A DNA stretch of 40,322 nt from an uncultured Bacteroidales bacterium (GCA_964599115.1 CAZREZ010000001.1:1-40322); one strand, 5' to 3'; counted from the stretch's first letter, positions 1-10,410 are shown. The notes: a model not told the origin generated them from the sequence alone. Made by a program: numbers and translations.

Positions 1-175
1 TTTACCCTAATGAAATTAATTTATTAATGGCATAACAATATTTTCATCAGCTTATAACTTAACAGCTGTTTTTTATCTGATATATTAAATCACCCCCGAG
101 AACTCGTTCTAAAATTGCACCAAAGAAATAGAGGTGTAGGAATTAATCAGGTGATTATTAGATGTATATTTACGA

Positions 176-1177
176 TTATACACTTGAAATAAATTTAACC
201 AGGTTGGTTTCTTTTGACAGCTTTAATTTCTTTCTGAGGCGGATTCTGCTAATTTCAGCACTGCCGGAAGTAATACTTAATAATTGTGCAATTTCTTTTG
301 TGCTAAAGTTCATTCGCAAGTAAACACATAATTTTTGGTCTTTCGGAGTAAGATTTGAAAATCGTTCATTTAAGCGGGTAAAAAATCCGGGATGTACATT
401 TTCAAAATGAAACTTAAAATCCTGCCAATTGCGTTCCAATTGAATATTTGCTTTTATTTTATTTATAAGTTCATTCAACTTTAGTTTTGAATCTGAATTT
501 ACCCCATCTAACAATTTCCCAATATCTTCTTTTATTTGTAAAAGAACTTCATTTTTTTGAGCAACATGCATTGCAAAAGAAGCTAATTGACGATTTTTAA
601 TATCAATATCAGTTATAAATTTTTCTTTTTCCAACTGACTGGATTTTTGTTGTTTCTTTGCAATTTTAATTTTTTCTTTTGCTTGCTTTAGGTCGGTAAT
701 ATCCCGATTAGAAGCCCTCTGTCCTAAATATTTTCCATCATTACCATAAACAGGCTGGCAATAAAGTCCTATCCATCGCTGTTTTGTGCTCCGGGTTTTA
801 ATACGAAATTCAAATTGTTTATCATCGGCATTTAATTCCAATATGCTTTTAATATATTTTTTAAACTTTATTTTATCATTAGAATGAATAATTCTGTTTA
901 TTAAATCAGGGTCTGATATAAATTCTTCAGGCGAATATCCGGTAATTTTTTTACATGAAGGAGAAACATAAAGATACTCACCTTTAGGATTTAACCAATA
1001 TTCCCAATCATATGTAAAATCTGCAATTAACCTGAATTTTTCCCTGCTTTCAATTAAACTATCTATTAATATTTTTTGTTTTTCAATTTCAACAGATTTT
1101 TCAGTTAAACCTTCAAGCTTATCTTTAAGTTCTTGAATTTTATTTTCCAAATCGGAGTATGATGGTTTTCTGCCCAT
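176..1177 (-). CDS. PAS-domain / LuxR-type HTH one-component transcriptional regulator
   Basis: The 333-aa ORF has an N-terminal coiled-coil-like stretch and a PAS-like block (FRLIADFTYDWEYWLNPKGEYLYVSPSCKKITGYSPEEF...RDITDLKQAKE). The C-terminus is a LuxR/FixJ-type HTH (LTPKDQKLCVYLRMNFSTKEIAQLLSITSGSAEISRIRLRKKLKL). Confidence 0.8.
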   Translation of the reverse strand: MGRKPSYSDLENKIQELKDKLEGLTEKSVEIEKQKILIDSLIESREKFRLIADFTYDWEYWLNPKGEYLYVSPSCKKITGYSPEEFISDPDLINRIIHSNDKIKFKKYIKSILELNADDKQFEFRIKTRSTKQRWIGLYCQPVYGNDGKYLGQRASNRDITDLKQAKEKIKIAKKQQKSSQLEKEKFITDIDIKNRQLASFAMHVAQKNEVLLQIKEDIGKLLDGVNSDSKLKLNELINKIKANIQLERNWQDFKFHFENVHPGFFTRLNERFSNLTPKDQKLCVYLRMNFSTKEIAQLLSITSGSAEISRIRLRKKLKLSKETNLVKFISSV

Positions 1178-1312
1178 TTTGTTTAATTATGAAAATATTT
1201 GACTTTATATACAGATTCTAAATGCATCTAACCGGTAAAGTTAAAACAAATTTTATTAAGCTCACACCTTTTTACCAGAAACAGAATGTAATTTATTAAA
1301 TAATAATATTTT

Positions 1313-1465
1313 ATGGAAAGCGTCAGGTTTAAAACCCTGGCATACAATAAAAAATCTTTACTGCATTCCGAAAATATCAGGTATCATATAGATAAACTAG
1401 AAATGCTTGTTGATGATGAATTGTGGCCATTACCAAAATATCGTGAATTATTATTTATGAAATAA
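1313..1465 (+). pseudogene. Orphan 3' fragment (about 50 codons) of a type III glutamine synthetase gene
   Basis: The frame ending at TAA 1463-1465 reads MESVRFKTLAYNKKSLLHSENIRYHIDKLEMLVDDELWPLPKYRELLFMK. The tail HID.LE...DDE.WPLPKYRELLF matches my recollection of the extreme C-terminus of Bacteroides-type GSIII. An in-frame TAA lies just upstream of the ATG and there is no upstream GS coding. Confidence 0.55.
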
Positions 1466-3304
1466 TTATTCAACCGTAACTGATTTGGCAAGATTTCTGG
1501 GTTGGTCAACATTACAATCTCTCATTACAGCTATATGATATGAAAGCAATTGTAATGGAATTGTAGCCAGCAACGGGACTAACATTTCTTCTGTTTCCGG
1601 AATTTCAATAATATAATCAGCGAGTTTTGTTACTGTTTTATCTCCTTTAGTAACTATTGCAATAATTTTTCCTTTTCTTGCTTTGATTTCCCGAATATTA
1701 GAAATAACTTTTTCATAAGTTCCCCGATTTGTGGCTATAACAACAACCGGCATTTCCCTGTCGATAAGTGCAATAGGACCATGTTTCATTTCTGCTGCTG
1801 GATAACCTTCCGCATGTATATATGATATTTCTTTAAGTTTTAAAGCGCCTTCAAGAGCAACAGGGAAATTATATCCTCGCCCAAGATATAAAAAATTACG
1901 GGTATAAGTAAATATTTTTGCAATAGATTTGATTTTATTATTAAGCTGTAAGGTTTTTTCAACTTTCTTGGGAATGGTTTCCAATTCATTAATTATCTTG
2001 TTAAATCTTGATTTTTCGATAGTACCTTTCATTTGGGCAAACCGTAAAGCCATTAATGTAAGAATGGTTACTTGAGCTGTGAATGCTTTTGTAGAAGCAA
2101 CACCAATTTCAGGCCCGGCATGTGTAAACGAACCTGCATGAGTAGCTCTCGCAATTGACGAACCTACTACATTACAAATTCCGATTATTGTTGCTCCTTT
2201 TGATTTGGCTAATTCAATAGCGGCAAGAGTATCTGCTGTTTCGCCCGATTGTGAAATGGCAATGAAAATATCATCTTCATTGATGATAGGATTTCGGTAC
2301 CTGAACTCAGAAGCATATTCAACTTCAACAGGAATACGTGCCAGGTTTTCTAATAAATATTCTCCAACTAAACCCGCATGCCATGAAGTTCCACAAGCAA
2401 CGATAATAATTCTTTTGGCATTAGCCATTTTCTGCTCATAATCACTGATTCCCCCAAGTCTTATAATTCCTTCCTTTACGTTTAATCGCCCCCTCATGCT
2501 ATCAAGAATAGAACGAGGTTGTTCGTATATTTCTTTAAGCATAAAATGCTCAAATCCCTCTTTTTCTAATGCGCCTAAGTTTAATTGTAATTTTTGTATA
2601 AACGGTGTTTTATCTTTGTTTTTAATGGTTCTTATCTTTAATTCTTTATCTCTTCTGATGATAACAATTTCCTCGTCGCTAAGGTATACAACATATTTAG
2701 TATATTCAACTATTGGAGTAGCATCAGAAGCCAAATAAAAATCGTTTTCACCAATACCTACAACCAAAGGACTACCTTTTCGTGCTCCTATCAGCATGTC
2801 AGGTTCGCTTTTTGAAATTACAACTATTGCATAAGCTCCGACTACCTGATTTAATGCAACCCTAACAGCTTCTTCAAGGTTAACCTTCTCATTACTTTTA
2901 ATATCTTCAATAAGATGGATCAAAACTTCTGTATCAGTATCACTTATAAACGTATAACCTCTTTTTATCAATTCCCTTTTTAAAGAAGAATAATTTTCGA
3001 TAATTCCATTGTGTATGATCGCAAGATTTTTTGTTTGAGAGTAATGCGGATGGGCATTTATTTCGTTTGGTTCGCCATGTGTTGCCCAGCGTGTGTGCGC
3101 AATACCAATAGTTCCTGTTGTGTTTTTATTTTTAATAAAATTTTCAAGTTCAGATACCTTACCTTTGCATTTATATAAATTTAAATTGTTGTTCAATATT
3201 GCCATTCCTGCACTGTCATAACCCCTGTATTCCAATTTGTGTAAACCTTTGATTAGGATTGGTTGTGCTTGTTTATTTCCAATATATGCTACAATTCCAC
3301 ACAT
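1466..3304 (-). CDS. glmS: Glutamine--fructose-6-phosphate aminotransferase (isomerizing)
   Basis: The 612-aa ORF starts MCGIVAYIG (Ntn Cys2), carries two SIS domains and ends ...AKSVTVE. Confidence 0.97.
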   Translation of the reverse strand: MCGIVAYIGNKQAQPILIKGLHKLEYRGYDSAGMAILNNNLNLYKCKGKVSELENFIKNKNTTGTIGIAHTRWATHGEPNEINAHPHYSQTKNLAIIHNGIIENYSSLKRELIKRGYTFISDTDTEVLIHLIEDIKSNEKVNLEEAVRVALNQVVGAYAIVVISKSEPDMLIGARKGSPLVVGIGENDFYLASDATPIVEYTKYVVYLSDEEIVIIRRDKELKIRTIKNKDKTPFIQKLQLNLGALEKEGFEHFMLKEIYEQPRSILDSMRGRLNVKEGIIRLGGISDYEQKMANAKRIIIVACGTSWHAGLVGEYLLENLARIPVEVEYASEFRYRNPIINEDDIFIAISQSGETADTLAAIELAKSKGATIIGICNVVGSSIARATHAGSFTHAGPEIGVASTKAFTAQVTILTLMALRFAQMKGTIEKSRFNKIINELETIPKKVEKTLQLNNKIKSIAKIFTYTRNFLYLGRGYNFPVALEGALKLKEISYIHAEGYPAAEMKHGPIALIDREMPVVVIATNRGTYEKVISNIREIKARKGKIIAIVTKGDKTVTKLADYIIEIPETEEMLVPLLATIPLQLLSYHIAVMRDCNVDQPRNLAKSVTVE

Positions 3305-3683
3305 AGCTGATAAATCGATTTAATTAAACTTAGTAAATGTTAAATGTTTGATATTAAAGCACACAAAGTAAAACAAATATTTTCAATAATAAAATTTTTT
3401 TACCCTAACATTGTCATAACACAAATCTAAAAAAACACCCTAACATATTTATTAATATTAACTATTAAAATTACGAATATCATCAATAACATATTTTCAT
3501 AATTATCAGAAAAACAGAAAGACACAAAAAATAAACTACCTGATAAAGTTTTTTGTCATTAATCAGTCTAACCATAAAGAAATAAAATGACTCTCACTTA
3601 TTTTAGTGATTATTACCATAATAGCAAATTACTCTATTGATTAAATAATTATAGCAAATGAACAGTTATTAATCAGGTAATTA

Positions 3684-3740
3684 TTAAATAAGGATGGCTT
3701 CTTTTGATAGGTTTAAATTTTTTCTAATGCGAATTTTAGT
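3684..3740 (-). pseudogene. Remnant of the last ~17 codons of a LuxR-type regulator paralogous to 176..1177
   Basis: The minus frame reads LKIRIRKNLNLSKEAILI*, compared with ...ISRIRLRKKLKLSKETNL in the intact gene. The DNA is about 80 percent identical over ~55 nt by eye. The downstream 19-mer attaatcaggtRattatta is also shared (142-160 vs 3668-3686). Confidence 0.4.
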
Positions 3741-3763
3741 CTATATAAAAATGACAAAGAGGT

Positions 3764-5101
3764 TTAATTAAGTATAGTATATGTTAAAGATAATTTAATT
3801 CTATCTTCTGAAGGTGGGGGGGGGTTGGGATTTGCACCATATATAGTTAACCTGTCTGCTTTAACCGAACTACCGGAATTCATTAAATATAAGCCATAAT
3901 CTGTCTCGGTACCGGATAATAAATGCTGAATATGCCGTGTAATCCTGAACCGGTACTCGTTATCTGAAGAAATATATGTTCCGCCAAAATAAATATCACC
4001 TTCATATTGGTCTATCAATATTTCGGTTTCCCCTTCTTCATTTATTTTAACCAAGGCTAATCGTGATGGTGGTTCAAAATCATCGTTTCCTTCAATACCT
4101 TTAATTATCAACATTGCCTGATTAACTGCAATATTCCCTGAGCTTATATAATTTTTTATATTAGGAAATCTGATTTTTGTTTTAACACCTCCCATAGCTT
4201 GCAAATAAAGTATATTATCTCCGAGTGAAGTATCGCCGTTTAATACCTGATTTTTGAATTCAGGGCTGGCGTCTTCATAATTATTATGATTATAATTATT
4301 AAACCGGGCGCAATTATCATTGATAACAAAATTGAACTGAAGAGAATCCTCTTCAGTATTTTGATAATAAATTACCATTTGAGACATAGTTGACATTAAA
4401 TCAAAATATAATATAGCACCAGCGGTTTCTACAGGTTCGGCAGTGATGTATAAGCCATGAAAAAATTCAAGAAAATTTTCATTATCTTCCAAATCTGTTT
4501 CAGATGCATTCAGTAATTTATTACCAAGCTCGGAAGATAATGAACTTAAATTGATACGTAGTTGTGGTGGAAGCGTGTCATTTCCAACAACAACACTATC
4601 ATGTGGTTTTGGAATAAATGTATAATTAGCTAATTCAATATCACATTTTTGAATATTATAATTTGAATAATAACTGCTGTCAGAATATAATTTTCCATCT
4701 AACTCGTAAACCTTGACGGTTTGTGGTGTTGTTGTGTCGCCATAAGAATCTGAGTAAGCTAAAGATAAAATAAGTGAATCAAGAATTGGTGCCTCACCAA
4801 AATTATATCCGGCAATTGAAAGCCTGAACTGAGTATAAATGCTTGCAGTGCTTATACCCATTATCAGGTCCTTGTAACTTCCAAGTAAGCTAACTGATGA
4901 ATTACCGGTTTGCACGGAATCCTCCCGAACCGAATATGTAACCAGAGTTGTTGTATCATTATTTTCAACATTCAGTTTATCTGCTGCGGGTTGTATATCC
5001 AAACCGATTTTATCAAATTCTTTATTACATGACAGAAATAAGAAAGTGATAATAAAAAGGGATAAAAGAATTTGTTTTGGAGATAAAAATGGTATTTTCA
5101 A
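3764..5101 (-). CDS. Lipoprotein, DUF4270-like (function unknown)
   Basis: The 445-aa ORF has a signal peptide with a lipobox (FLFLSC-NKEF). Its position upstream of the short GT5 glycogen-synthase-like gene is typical of Bacteroidota. The family name is recalled from memory and not verified. Confidence 0.6.
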   Translation of the reverse strand: MKIPFLSPKQILLSLFIITFLFLSCNKEFDKIGLDIQPAADKLNVENNDTTTLVTYSVREDSVQTGNSSVSLLGSYKDLIMGISTASIYTQFRLSIAGYNFGEAPILDSLILSLAYSDSYGDTTTPQTVKVYELDGKLYSDSSYYSNYNIQKCDIELANYTFIPKPHDSVVVGNDTLPPQLRINLSSLSSELGNKLLNASETDLEDNENFLEFFHGLYITAEPVETAGAILYFDLMSTMSQMVIYYQNTEEDSLQFNFVINDNCARFNNYNHNNYEDASPEFKNQVLNGDTSLGDNILYLQAMGGVKTKIRFPNIKNYISSGNIAVNQAMLIIKGIEGNDDFEPPSRLALVKINEEGETEILIDQYEGDIYFGGTYISSDNEYRFRITRHIQHLLSGTETDYGLYLMNSGSSVKADRLTIYGANPNPPPPSEDRIKLSLTYTILN

Positions 5102-5131
5102 TTTACTGTGTTTTGATAAATTAAATATTTT

Positions 5132-5959
5132 TTATTCTTCAGCTATTGAGTCATCAGCTAATAGATTATCATAAAAATCTGAAAAAGCATCAATATAAGT
5201 ATCCATTGATTGATAATCAAGGTACGGTTTTTTTGTTTCTTTCAGGTAGCTCATTACTTCAGAATTGATTTTTTCAGAACCAATAATTAGTGCATCTGAA
5301 AAGTCAATAGCTGCTTTGATCATATTAACGTAATTTGGCTTTTTATAGTGTTTGAGGTCTTTGTTTATTATTCTTTCAAATTTAATTTTACTGGCAAAAT
5401 CTTTATTAAAGCTGTCACTGAAATCATCATCATAAATTGAGTAAATAACTTTTGCATCACTAAATAATGGATTATCACGAAATGCTTTTTTCACATATAA
5501 AGGGATAAGACTTGTTATCCATCCGTGACAGTGTATTATATCGGGAGGCCATCCTAATTTTTTCACTGTTTCTAAAACTCCTCTTGAGAAAAAAATTGCT
5601 CTTTCATCATTGTCTTTAAAAAATTTATTATTCTTATCAGTAAGAGTAAATTTTCTATGGAAGTAATCTTCATTATCAATAAAATATATTTGCATACGGG
5701 CTTGTTGGATTGATGCTACTTTAATGATAAGCGGATGGTCAGTATCATCAATTATCAGGTTCATACCTGATAATCTGATTACTTCGTGGAGTTGATTTCT
5801 TCTTTCGTTAATTTTTCCGTAACGGGGCATAAAAGTTCGGATTTCCTTACCTCTTTCCTGAATGCCCTGTGGCAGATAACGACCGATCTTGCTCAAAGGT
5901 GTCTCTTCTAAGTATGGTGTGATTTCCTGAGCAACAAATAAAACCTTAGCTTTTTTCAT
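5132..5959 (-). CDS. Glycogen/starch synthase-like protein (GT5 N-terminal domain only)
   Basis: The 275-aa ORF begins KVLFVAQEITPYLEETPLSKIGRYLPQ and contains ...IIHCHGWITSLIPLYVK, which is characteristic of the short Bacteroidota GT5 protein. Confidence 0.8.
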   Translation of the reverse strand: MKKAKVLFVAQEITPYLEETPLSKIGRYLPQGIQERGKEIRTFMPRYGKINERRNQLHEVIRLSGMNLIIDDTDHPLIIKVASIQQARMQIYFIDNEDYFHRKFTLTDKNNKFFKDNDERAIFFSRGVLETVKKLGWPPDIIHCHGWITSLIPLYVKKAFRDNPLFSDAKVIYSIYDDDFSDSFNKDFASKIKFERIINKDLKHYKKPNYVNMIKAAIDFSDALIIGSEKINSEVMSYLKETKKPYLDYQSMDTYIDAFSDFYDNLLADDSIAEE

Positions 5960-6039
5960 GTTTTGGGAAGATTAGTTCTTTTTTGAAAATGCAAAGGTAG
6001 TAAAAATTTAGCAAATTATTAATTTCAAACAATTAATTA

Positions 6040-6951
6040 TCATCCTCTAATAAATATTCCTTTAATGATAAGACCTGCCATTTTGGGATTTTCTTTTAAT
6101 CTTCGGGTTGAATAAGCAAACCAGTCTTTACCAAACGGAACATAAACACGCATAGTATGACCTTTTTCAATAATTGATTTTCTTAACTCGGGAGTAACGC
6201 CATAAAGCATCTGGAATTCGTACATGTCCTTAGGAATATTGCATTTTTCTATCAATTCATAAGATCCGGTTACCAAGGGTTTATCGTGAGTTGCAATTCC
6301 GGAATAGATGTTGTTTTTTAACATATATTCCAAATCTTCAAGGAAGTGATTGTTTATTTCTTGATATTTTTTAAATACGATTTCTTCCGGCTCAATATAA
6401 ATACCTTTACAAATTCTGTAATTTATCGGATTGTCCTTAGAGTTAATGTCTTGTAAGTTTTTTATATCATCAAGTGTTCGCTTTAAATATGCCTGGAAAA
6501 CAAGTCCGACATTTTTGGGAAATTCTTTCTTTAATTTTCTGAACAGTTCAATCTCTATATCAACACATTGCGAATCCTCCATGTCAATCCTTACAAAATT
6601 ATTATACTCTGCAGCTTTTATAACAATTTCCCTGATGTTGGTATAACAAACGTCTTTATTTAAAAGAAGTCCGAACATAGTGGGTTTAAGTGAATAATTC
6701 CCGTCAATGTTATTTTTTTCAGCAGCTTCAATAATATTTATGTATTCATCCTTATTTTTTTCAGCCTGTTCAAGGTCAGTAATAAATTCTCCCAAAAGGT
6801 CAATTGTAACCTTCATGCCTTGGGAATTAAGTTTTTTAGACGCTTCAATTACATCTTCAATTCTAATACCGGCAATATATCTTTTTGAAAAAAGCCATAC
6901 AAATTTTTTCGGCATGTATGGCAGTAATCCTGCAATTAATTTGTTAAACAT
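6040..6951 (-). CDS. Proline dehydrogenase family protein
   Basis: The 303-aa ORF has the C-terminal block QMLYGVTPELRKSIIEKGHTMRVYVPFGKDWFAYSTRRLKENP, typical of monofunctional PRODH. Confidence 0.8.
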   Translation of the reverse strand: MFNKLIAGLLPYMPKKFVWLFSKRYIAGIRIEDVIEASKKLNSQGMKVTIDLLGEFITDLEQAEKNKDEYINIIEAAEKNNIDGNYSLKPTMFGLLLNKDVCYTNIREIVIKAAEYNNFVRIDMEDSQCVDIEIELFRKLKKEFPKNVGLVFQAYLKRTLDDIKNLQDINSKDNPINYRICKGIYIEPEEIVFKKYQEINNHFLEDLEYMLKNNIYSGIATHDKPLVTGSYELIEKCNIPKDMYEFQMLYGVTPELRKSIIEKGHTMRVYVPFGKDWFAYSTRRLKENPKMAGLIIKGIFIRG

Positions 6952-7057
6952 TTTATTTAGATTTTTTACATTAATAAATATACTGTCAATTTTTTTACAA
7001 TAATATTTTGCAAAATAACTACTAATAATTTTAATAAAAAACAGATTAAATAAAATT

Positions 7058-7088
7058 TTTGTAATTAAAATATTAATCTGTAAGTTTG
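7058..7088 (+). promoter_or_regulatory. Bacteroidota sigma-A type promoter (-33 TTTG / -7 TAnnTTTG) for yceD-rpmF-plsX-fabH
   Basis: TTTG lies at 7058-7061 and TAAGTTTG at 7081-7088, with a 19-nt spacer. The GTG start is at 7116. Confidence 0.55.
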
Positions 7089-7115
7089 CACCCCAAATTT
7101 TAACAGTTATTTATT

Positions 7116-7631
7116 GTGGATTACTTAAAACAATTTGTAATCCGGTTTAGTGGATTGGGTATTGGAGATCATCAATATAAATTTATTATTGATGAAAAGT
7201 TCTTTGAAAATTTTGATTTTTCGGAAATAAAAAATGGCAAAATAACCATTGATTTACTGCTTAATAAACAGGAGACTATGCTTATTCTAAATTTCATTAT
7301 CAATGGTAATGTAAATGTTACTTGCGACAGGTGTTTGGAACCATTTGATCTTGATATTTATGGAAAAGAAAAATTAATTATAAAGTTCGGCAAAGAAAAA
7401 TTTGAGGAAACTGAAGAAATACTTATAATTCCTGAATCTGATAATAAAATTAATATTAGCCATTATATTTACGAATATATCAATTTATTACTTCCTTACA
7501 AACGTGTTCATCCGGATAATTCTAATGGGAAAAGCATGTGTAATCAAAAAGTAATAAAAAAGTTCAAAGAATTTTCAAAAAGTAAAACTATTGACCCAAG
7601 ATGGGAAAAATTAAAAGATATTAAATTATAA
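7116..7631 (+). CDS. yceD: YceD/DUF177 family protein (large-subunit rRNA accumulation protein)
   Basis: The 171-aa ORF has a GTG start and a CxxC motif (VTCDRCLEPF). It sits directly upstream of rpmF, which is the conserved arrangement. Confidence 0.85.
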   Translation: MDYLKQFVIRFSGLGIGDHQYKFIIDEKFFENFDFSEIKNGKITIDLLLNKQETMLILNFIINGNVNVTCDRCLEPFDLDIYGKEKLIIKFGKEKFEETEEILIIPESDNKINISHYIYEYINLLLPYKRVHPDNSNGKSMCNQKVIKKFKEFSKSKTIDPRWEKLKDIKL

Positions 7632-7656
7632 TAACTCATAAAACAAAAACACAGAA

Positions 7657-7842
7657 ATGGCACATCCAAAACGAAAAATTTCCAAAACCAGAAGAGACAA
7701 AAGAAGAACTCATTATAAAGCTGAATCTCAAAATATTATAATATGTTCAAATTGCGGAGCACCGGTAATATATCACAGGGTATGTTCTGAATGTGGTTAC
7801 TACAAAGGAAAATTAGCTATTGAAAAGCTTGAAGCTAAATAA
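7657..7842 (+). CDS. rpmF: 50S ribosomal protein L32
   Basis: The 61-aa ORF begins MAHPKRKISKTRRDKRRTHYK and has a CxxC...CxxC zinc ribbon. Confidence 0.95.
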   Translation: MAHPKRKISKTRRDKRRTHYKAESQNIIICSNCGAPVIYHRVCSECGYYKGKLAIEKLEAK

Positions 7843-7892
7843 ATTCAGTCAGACAGGTAAAATTTAAAATTTTCACAAATAAACTTGAGTTG

Positions 7893-8834
7893 ATGAAAAT
7901 AGGTTTAGATGTCATGGGTGGTGATTTTGCTCCGAAAGTTACAATAGCCGGAGCAATTTTAGCATTGAAAGAAATTGTTGCATCAGACCGTATTGTGCTT
8001 ATTGGTGATAAAAAAATAATTTTAAATTCACTAGAAGAGAATAAAATTAATACTAATAACTTTGATATCGTTCATGCTTCCGAAAAAATAGACATGGGCG
8101 AACATCCTTTAAAAGCCTATACAAAAAAGAAAGATTCAAGCATTACTGTTGGATTCAGAATGTTAAAAAAAAACAAGATTAGTTCTTTTTCAAGCGCAGG
8201 TAACAGTGGTGCTATGATTGTAGGCTCAATTTACAGTACAAATGTTATTCCCGGAATAATCCGCCCCTGTACTTCTGCCATTCTTCCGAAAGAAAACGGC
8301 GGTATAACAATTTTGCTTGATGTTGGAACTAACCCCGACCCTAAACCTGATGTTATGTATCAGTTTGCAATTTTAGGATCAATATATGCACAACATGTTC
8401 ATGATATAGAAAATCCCAAAGTAGGGTTACTGAATATTGGAGAAGAAGAAGAAAAAGGAAATCTTCTGAGTCAAACTGCTTTTCAATTGATGAAAGGATC
8501 AAAAGTTTTTAATTTTGTTGGAAACATTGAAGGACGTGACTTTTTAAAAGATAAAGCTGATGTGATTGTTTGTGACGGGTTTGCAGGTAATGTTGTTCTA
8601 AAACAAATTGAATCTTTGTATAAATTCATGAAAAAAAGAGGAATAACTGACAACTATATAAACCGTTTTAATTATGAAAATTACGGTGGTACACCAATAC
8701 TTGGTATAAATTCATCAGTGGTAGTCGGACATGGAATTTCAAGCGCACTTGCAATAAAAAATATGTTACTATTGTCAAAAGAAATTCATGAAGCCCGACT
8801 TTCACAAAAAATACAAAAAGTTTTAAGAAAATAA
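7893..8834 (+). CDS. plsX: Phosphate acyltransferase PlsX
   Basis: The ORF begins MKIGLDVMGGDFAP and contains ...VCDGFAGNVVLK. I prefer ATG 7893 over the TTG at 7890 used by the ORF track. Confidence 0.95.
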   Translation: MKIGLDVMGGDFAPKVTIAGAILALKEIVASDRIVLIGDKKIILNSLEENKINTNNFDIVHASEKIDMGEHPLKAYTKKKDSSITVGFRMLKKNKISSFSSAGNSGAMIVGSIYSTNVIPGIIRPCTSAILPKENGGITILLDVGTNPDPKPDVMYQFAILGSIYAQHVHDIENPKVGLLNIGEEEEKGNLLSQTAFQLMKGSKVFNFVGNIEGRDFLKDKADVIVCDGFAGNVVLKQIESLYKFMKKRGITDNYINRFNYENYGGTPILGINSSVVVGHGISSALAIKNMLLLSKEIHEARLSQKIQKVLRK

Positions 8835-8885
8835 CTTTAGCTTAAAAATAAAGTTAAATTTGAAGGTTTTTAAAATTTATTTAAA

Positions 8886-9884
8886 ATGACAAAAATACGG
8901 GCTGCAATAACCTCTATAAACGGATGGGTTCCTGATTATATACTTACGAATGATGAATTATCAAAAATGGTTGATACATCAGACGAATGGATAATAACCA
9001 GAACAGGAATAAAAGAAAGGCATATTTTAAAAGGTAATGGAAAAGGTACATCGGACCTTGGAGCTGAAGCTGTGAAGGGTCTGCTTGAAAAAACTGGAAC
9101 TTCTCCGGATGAAATTGACCTTCTTATTTGTGCTACAGTTACTCCGGATATGCAGTTTCCCGCCACTGCAAATATTATTTCTTATAAAACAGGATTAAAA
9201 AATGCTTTCAGCTATGACCTCAATGCCGCTTGTTCAAGTTATATTTATTCTTTAATTACAGCATCAAAATTTATTGAAGCCGGAAATTATAAAAAGATTA
9301 TTGTTGTTGGAGCAGATAAAATGTCATCAATTGTTGATTATACTGATAGAACTACTTGTGTGATTTTCGGCGATGCAGGTACTGCTACTTTACTTGAGCC
9401 AACAACTGAAAATTTTGGAATAAAAGATTCCATATTACGTACTGATGGCTCCGGAATGACACATCTGCATCAAAAAGCAGGTGGTTCGGTTAAACCTGCT
9501 TCACATGAAACGGTTGATGCAAAAGAGCATTTTATCTATCAGGAAGGACAGGCAGTATTTAAATTTGCTGTTTCTAATATGGCGGATATTTCAGTCGAAA
9601 TAATGGGAAAAAACGGATTGAAATCAGATGATATTGCATGGCTTGTTCCCCATCAGGCAAATTTAAGAATTGTTGAAGCAACAGCACGGAGAATGGGAAT
9701 AAGAAAAGATCAGGTAATGATAAATATTCAAAGATATGGAAACACCACCTCTGCGACTATTCCTCTTTGCCTCTGGGAATGGGAAAACCAATTAAAAAAA
9801 GGTGATAATCTTATTTTATCAGCTTTCGGCGGTGGTTTTACCTGGGGTTCAATTTATTTGAAATGGGCGTACGACCCGAAGTAA
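8886..9884 (+). CDS. fabH: 3-oxoacyl-ACP synthase III
   Basis: The 332-aa ORF has the active-site context NAACSS, then HQANLRI and GNTTSATIP. Confidence 0.95.
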   Translation: MTKIRAAITSINGWVPDYILTNDELSKMVDTSDEWIITRTGIKERHILKGNGKGTSDLGAEAVKGLLEKTGTSPDEIDLLICATVTPDMQFPATANIISYKTGLKNAFSYDLNAACSSYIYSLITASKFIEAGNYKKIIVVGADKMSSIVDYTDRTTCVIFGDAGTATLLEPTTENFGIKDSILRTDGSGMTHLHQKAGGSVKPASHETVDAKEHFIYQEGQAVFKFAVSNMADISVEIMGKNGLKSDDIAWLVPHQANLRIVEATARRMGIRKDQVMINIQRYGNTTSATIPLCLWEWENQLKKGDNLILSAFGGGFTWGSIYLKWAYDPK

Positions 9885-9918
9885 ATTTTACTTTTAACTT
9901 TTATCTTTTTTTCCCCTT

Positions 9919-10344
9919 ATGGAAATAATTCGATTTACAACAAAAAACAAAAAATTTTCAAAAATTGCTTTTGCTATACGCGAGAAAGTTTTTGTTATAG
10001 AACAAAAAGTTGACCCTGATTTGGAATATGATGAATTTGAAGACAATGCACAACATTATTTAGTCTATCTTGAAAACAAACCTGTTGCAACAGCCCGCCG
10101 GCGTGAAACTGAAAAAGGAATAAAACTTGAACGTTTTGCTATTATAAAGGATTATAGAAATAAAGGAATCGGAACAGAGCTCCTGAAATTTGTTTTAAAA
10201 GATGTTATCCCCCTATCAAAATATATTTACATTCATTCGCAGATAAATGCTTTAAATTTTTATTTAAGAAACGGATTTAAAGTTATCGGTAAAATGTTTA
10301 TTGAAGCTGATATTGAACATTATTTTATGGAATATGAAGGGTGA
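9919..10344 (+). CDS. GNAT family N-acetyltransferase
   Basis: The 141-aa ORF has an acetyl-CoA binding motif (RNKGIGTELLKF). Confidence 0.85.
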   Translation: MEIIRFTTKNKKFSKIAFAIREKVFVIEQKVDPDLEYDEFEDNAQHYLVYLENKPVATARRRETEKGIKLERFAIIKDYRNKGIGTELLKFVLKDVIPLSKYIYIHSQINALNFYLRNGFKVIGKMFIEADIEHYFMEYEG

Positions 10345-10348
10345 TGAA

Positions 10349-10372
10349 GGCTAAAGTTTAAAGGGTAAAGTT
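10349..10372. repeat. Tandem heptamer words (ggctaaa gtttaaa gggtaaa gtt...)
   Basis: The 7-nt periodicity is read directly from the sequence. The same gggtaaagtttaaa word recurs at 13364-13377. Confidence 0.7.
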
Positions 10373-10410
10373 AGTTGAGATAACAGTTAGCAAAATTTTT
10401 TTGTCTAATG

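Noticed and set aside
3305-3500. A possible glmS ribozyme or other leader RNA upstream of glmS.
   Set aside because: The region is extremely AT-rich and I could see no GC-paired helices or pseudoknot-like segments. I could not match the conserved glmS ribozyme core by eye.
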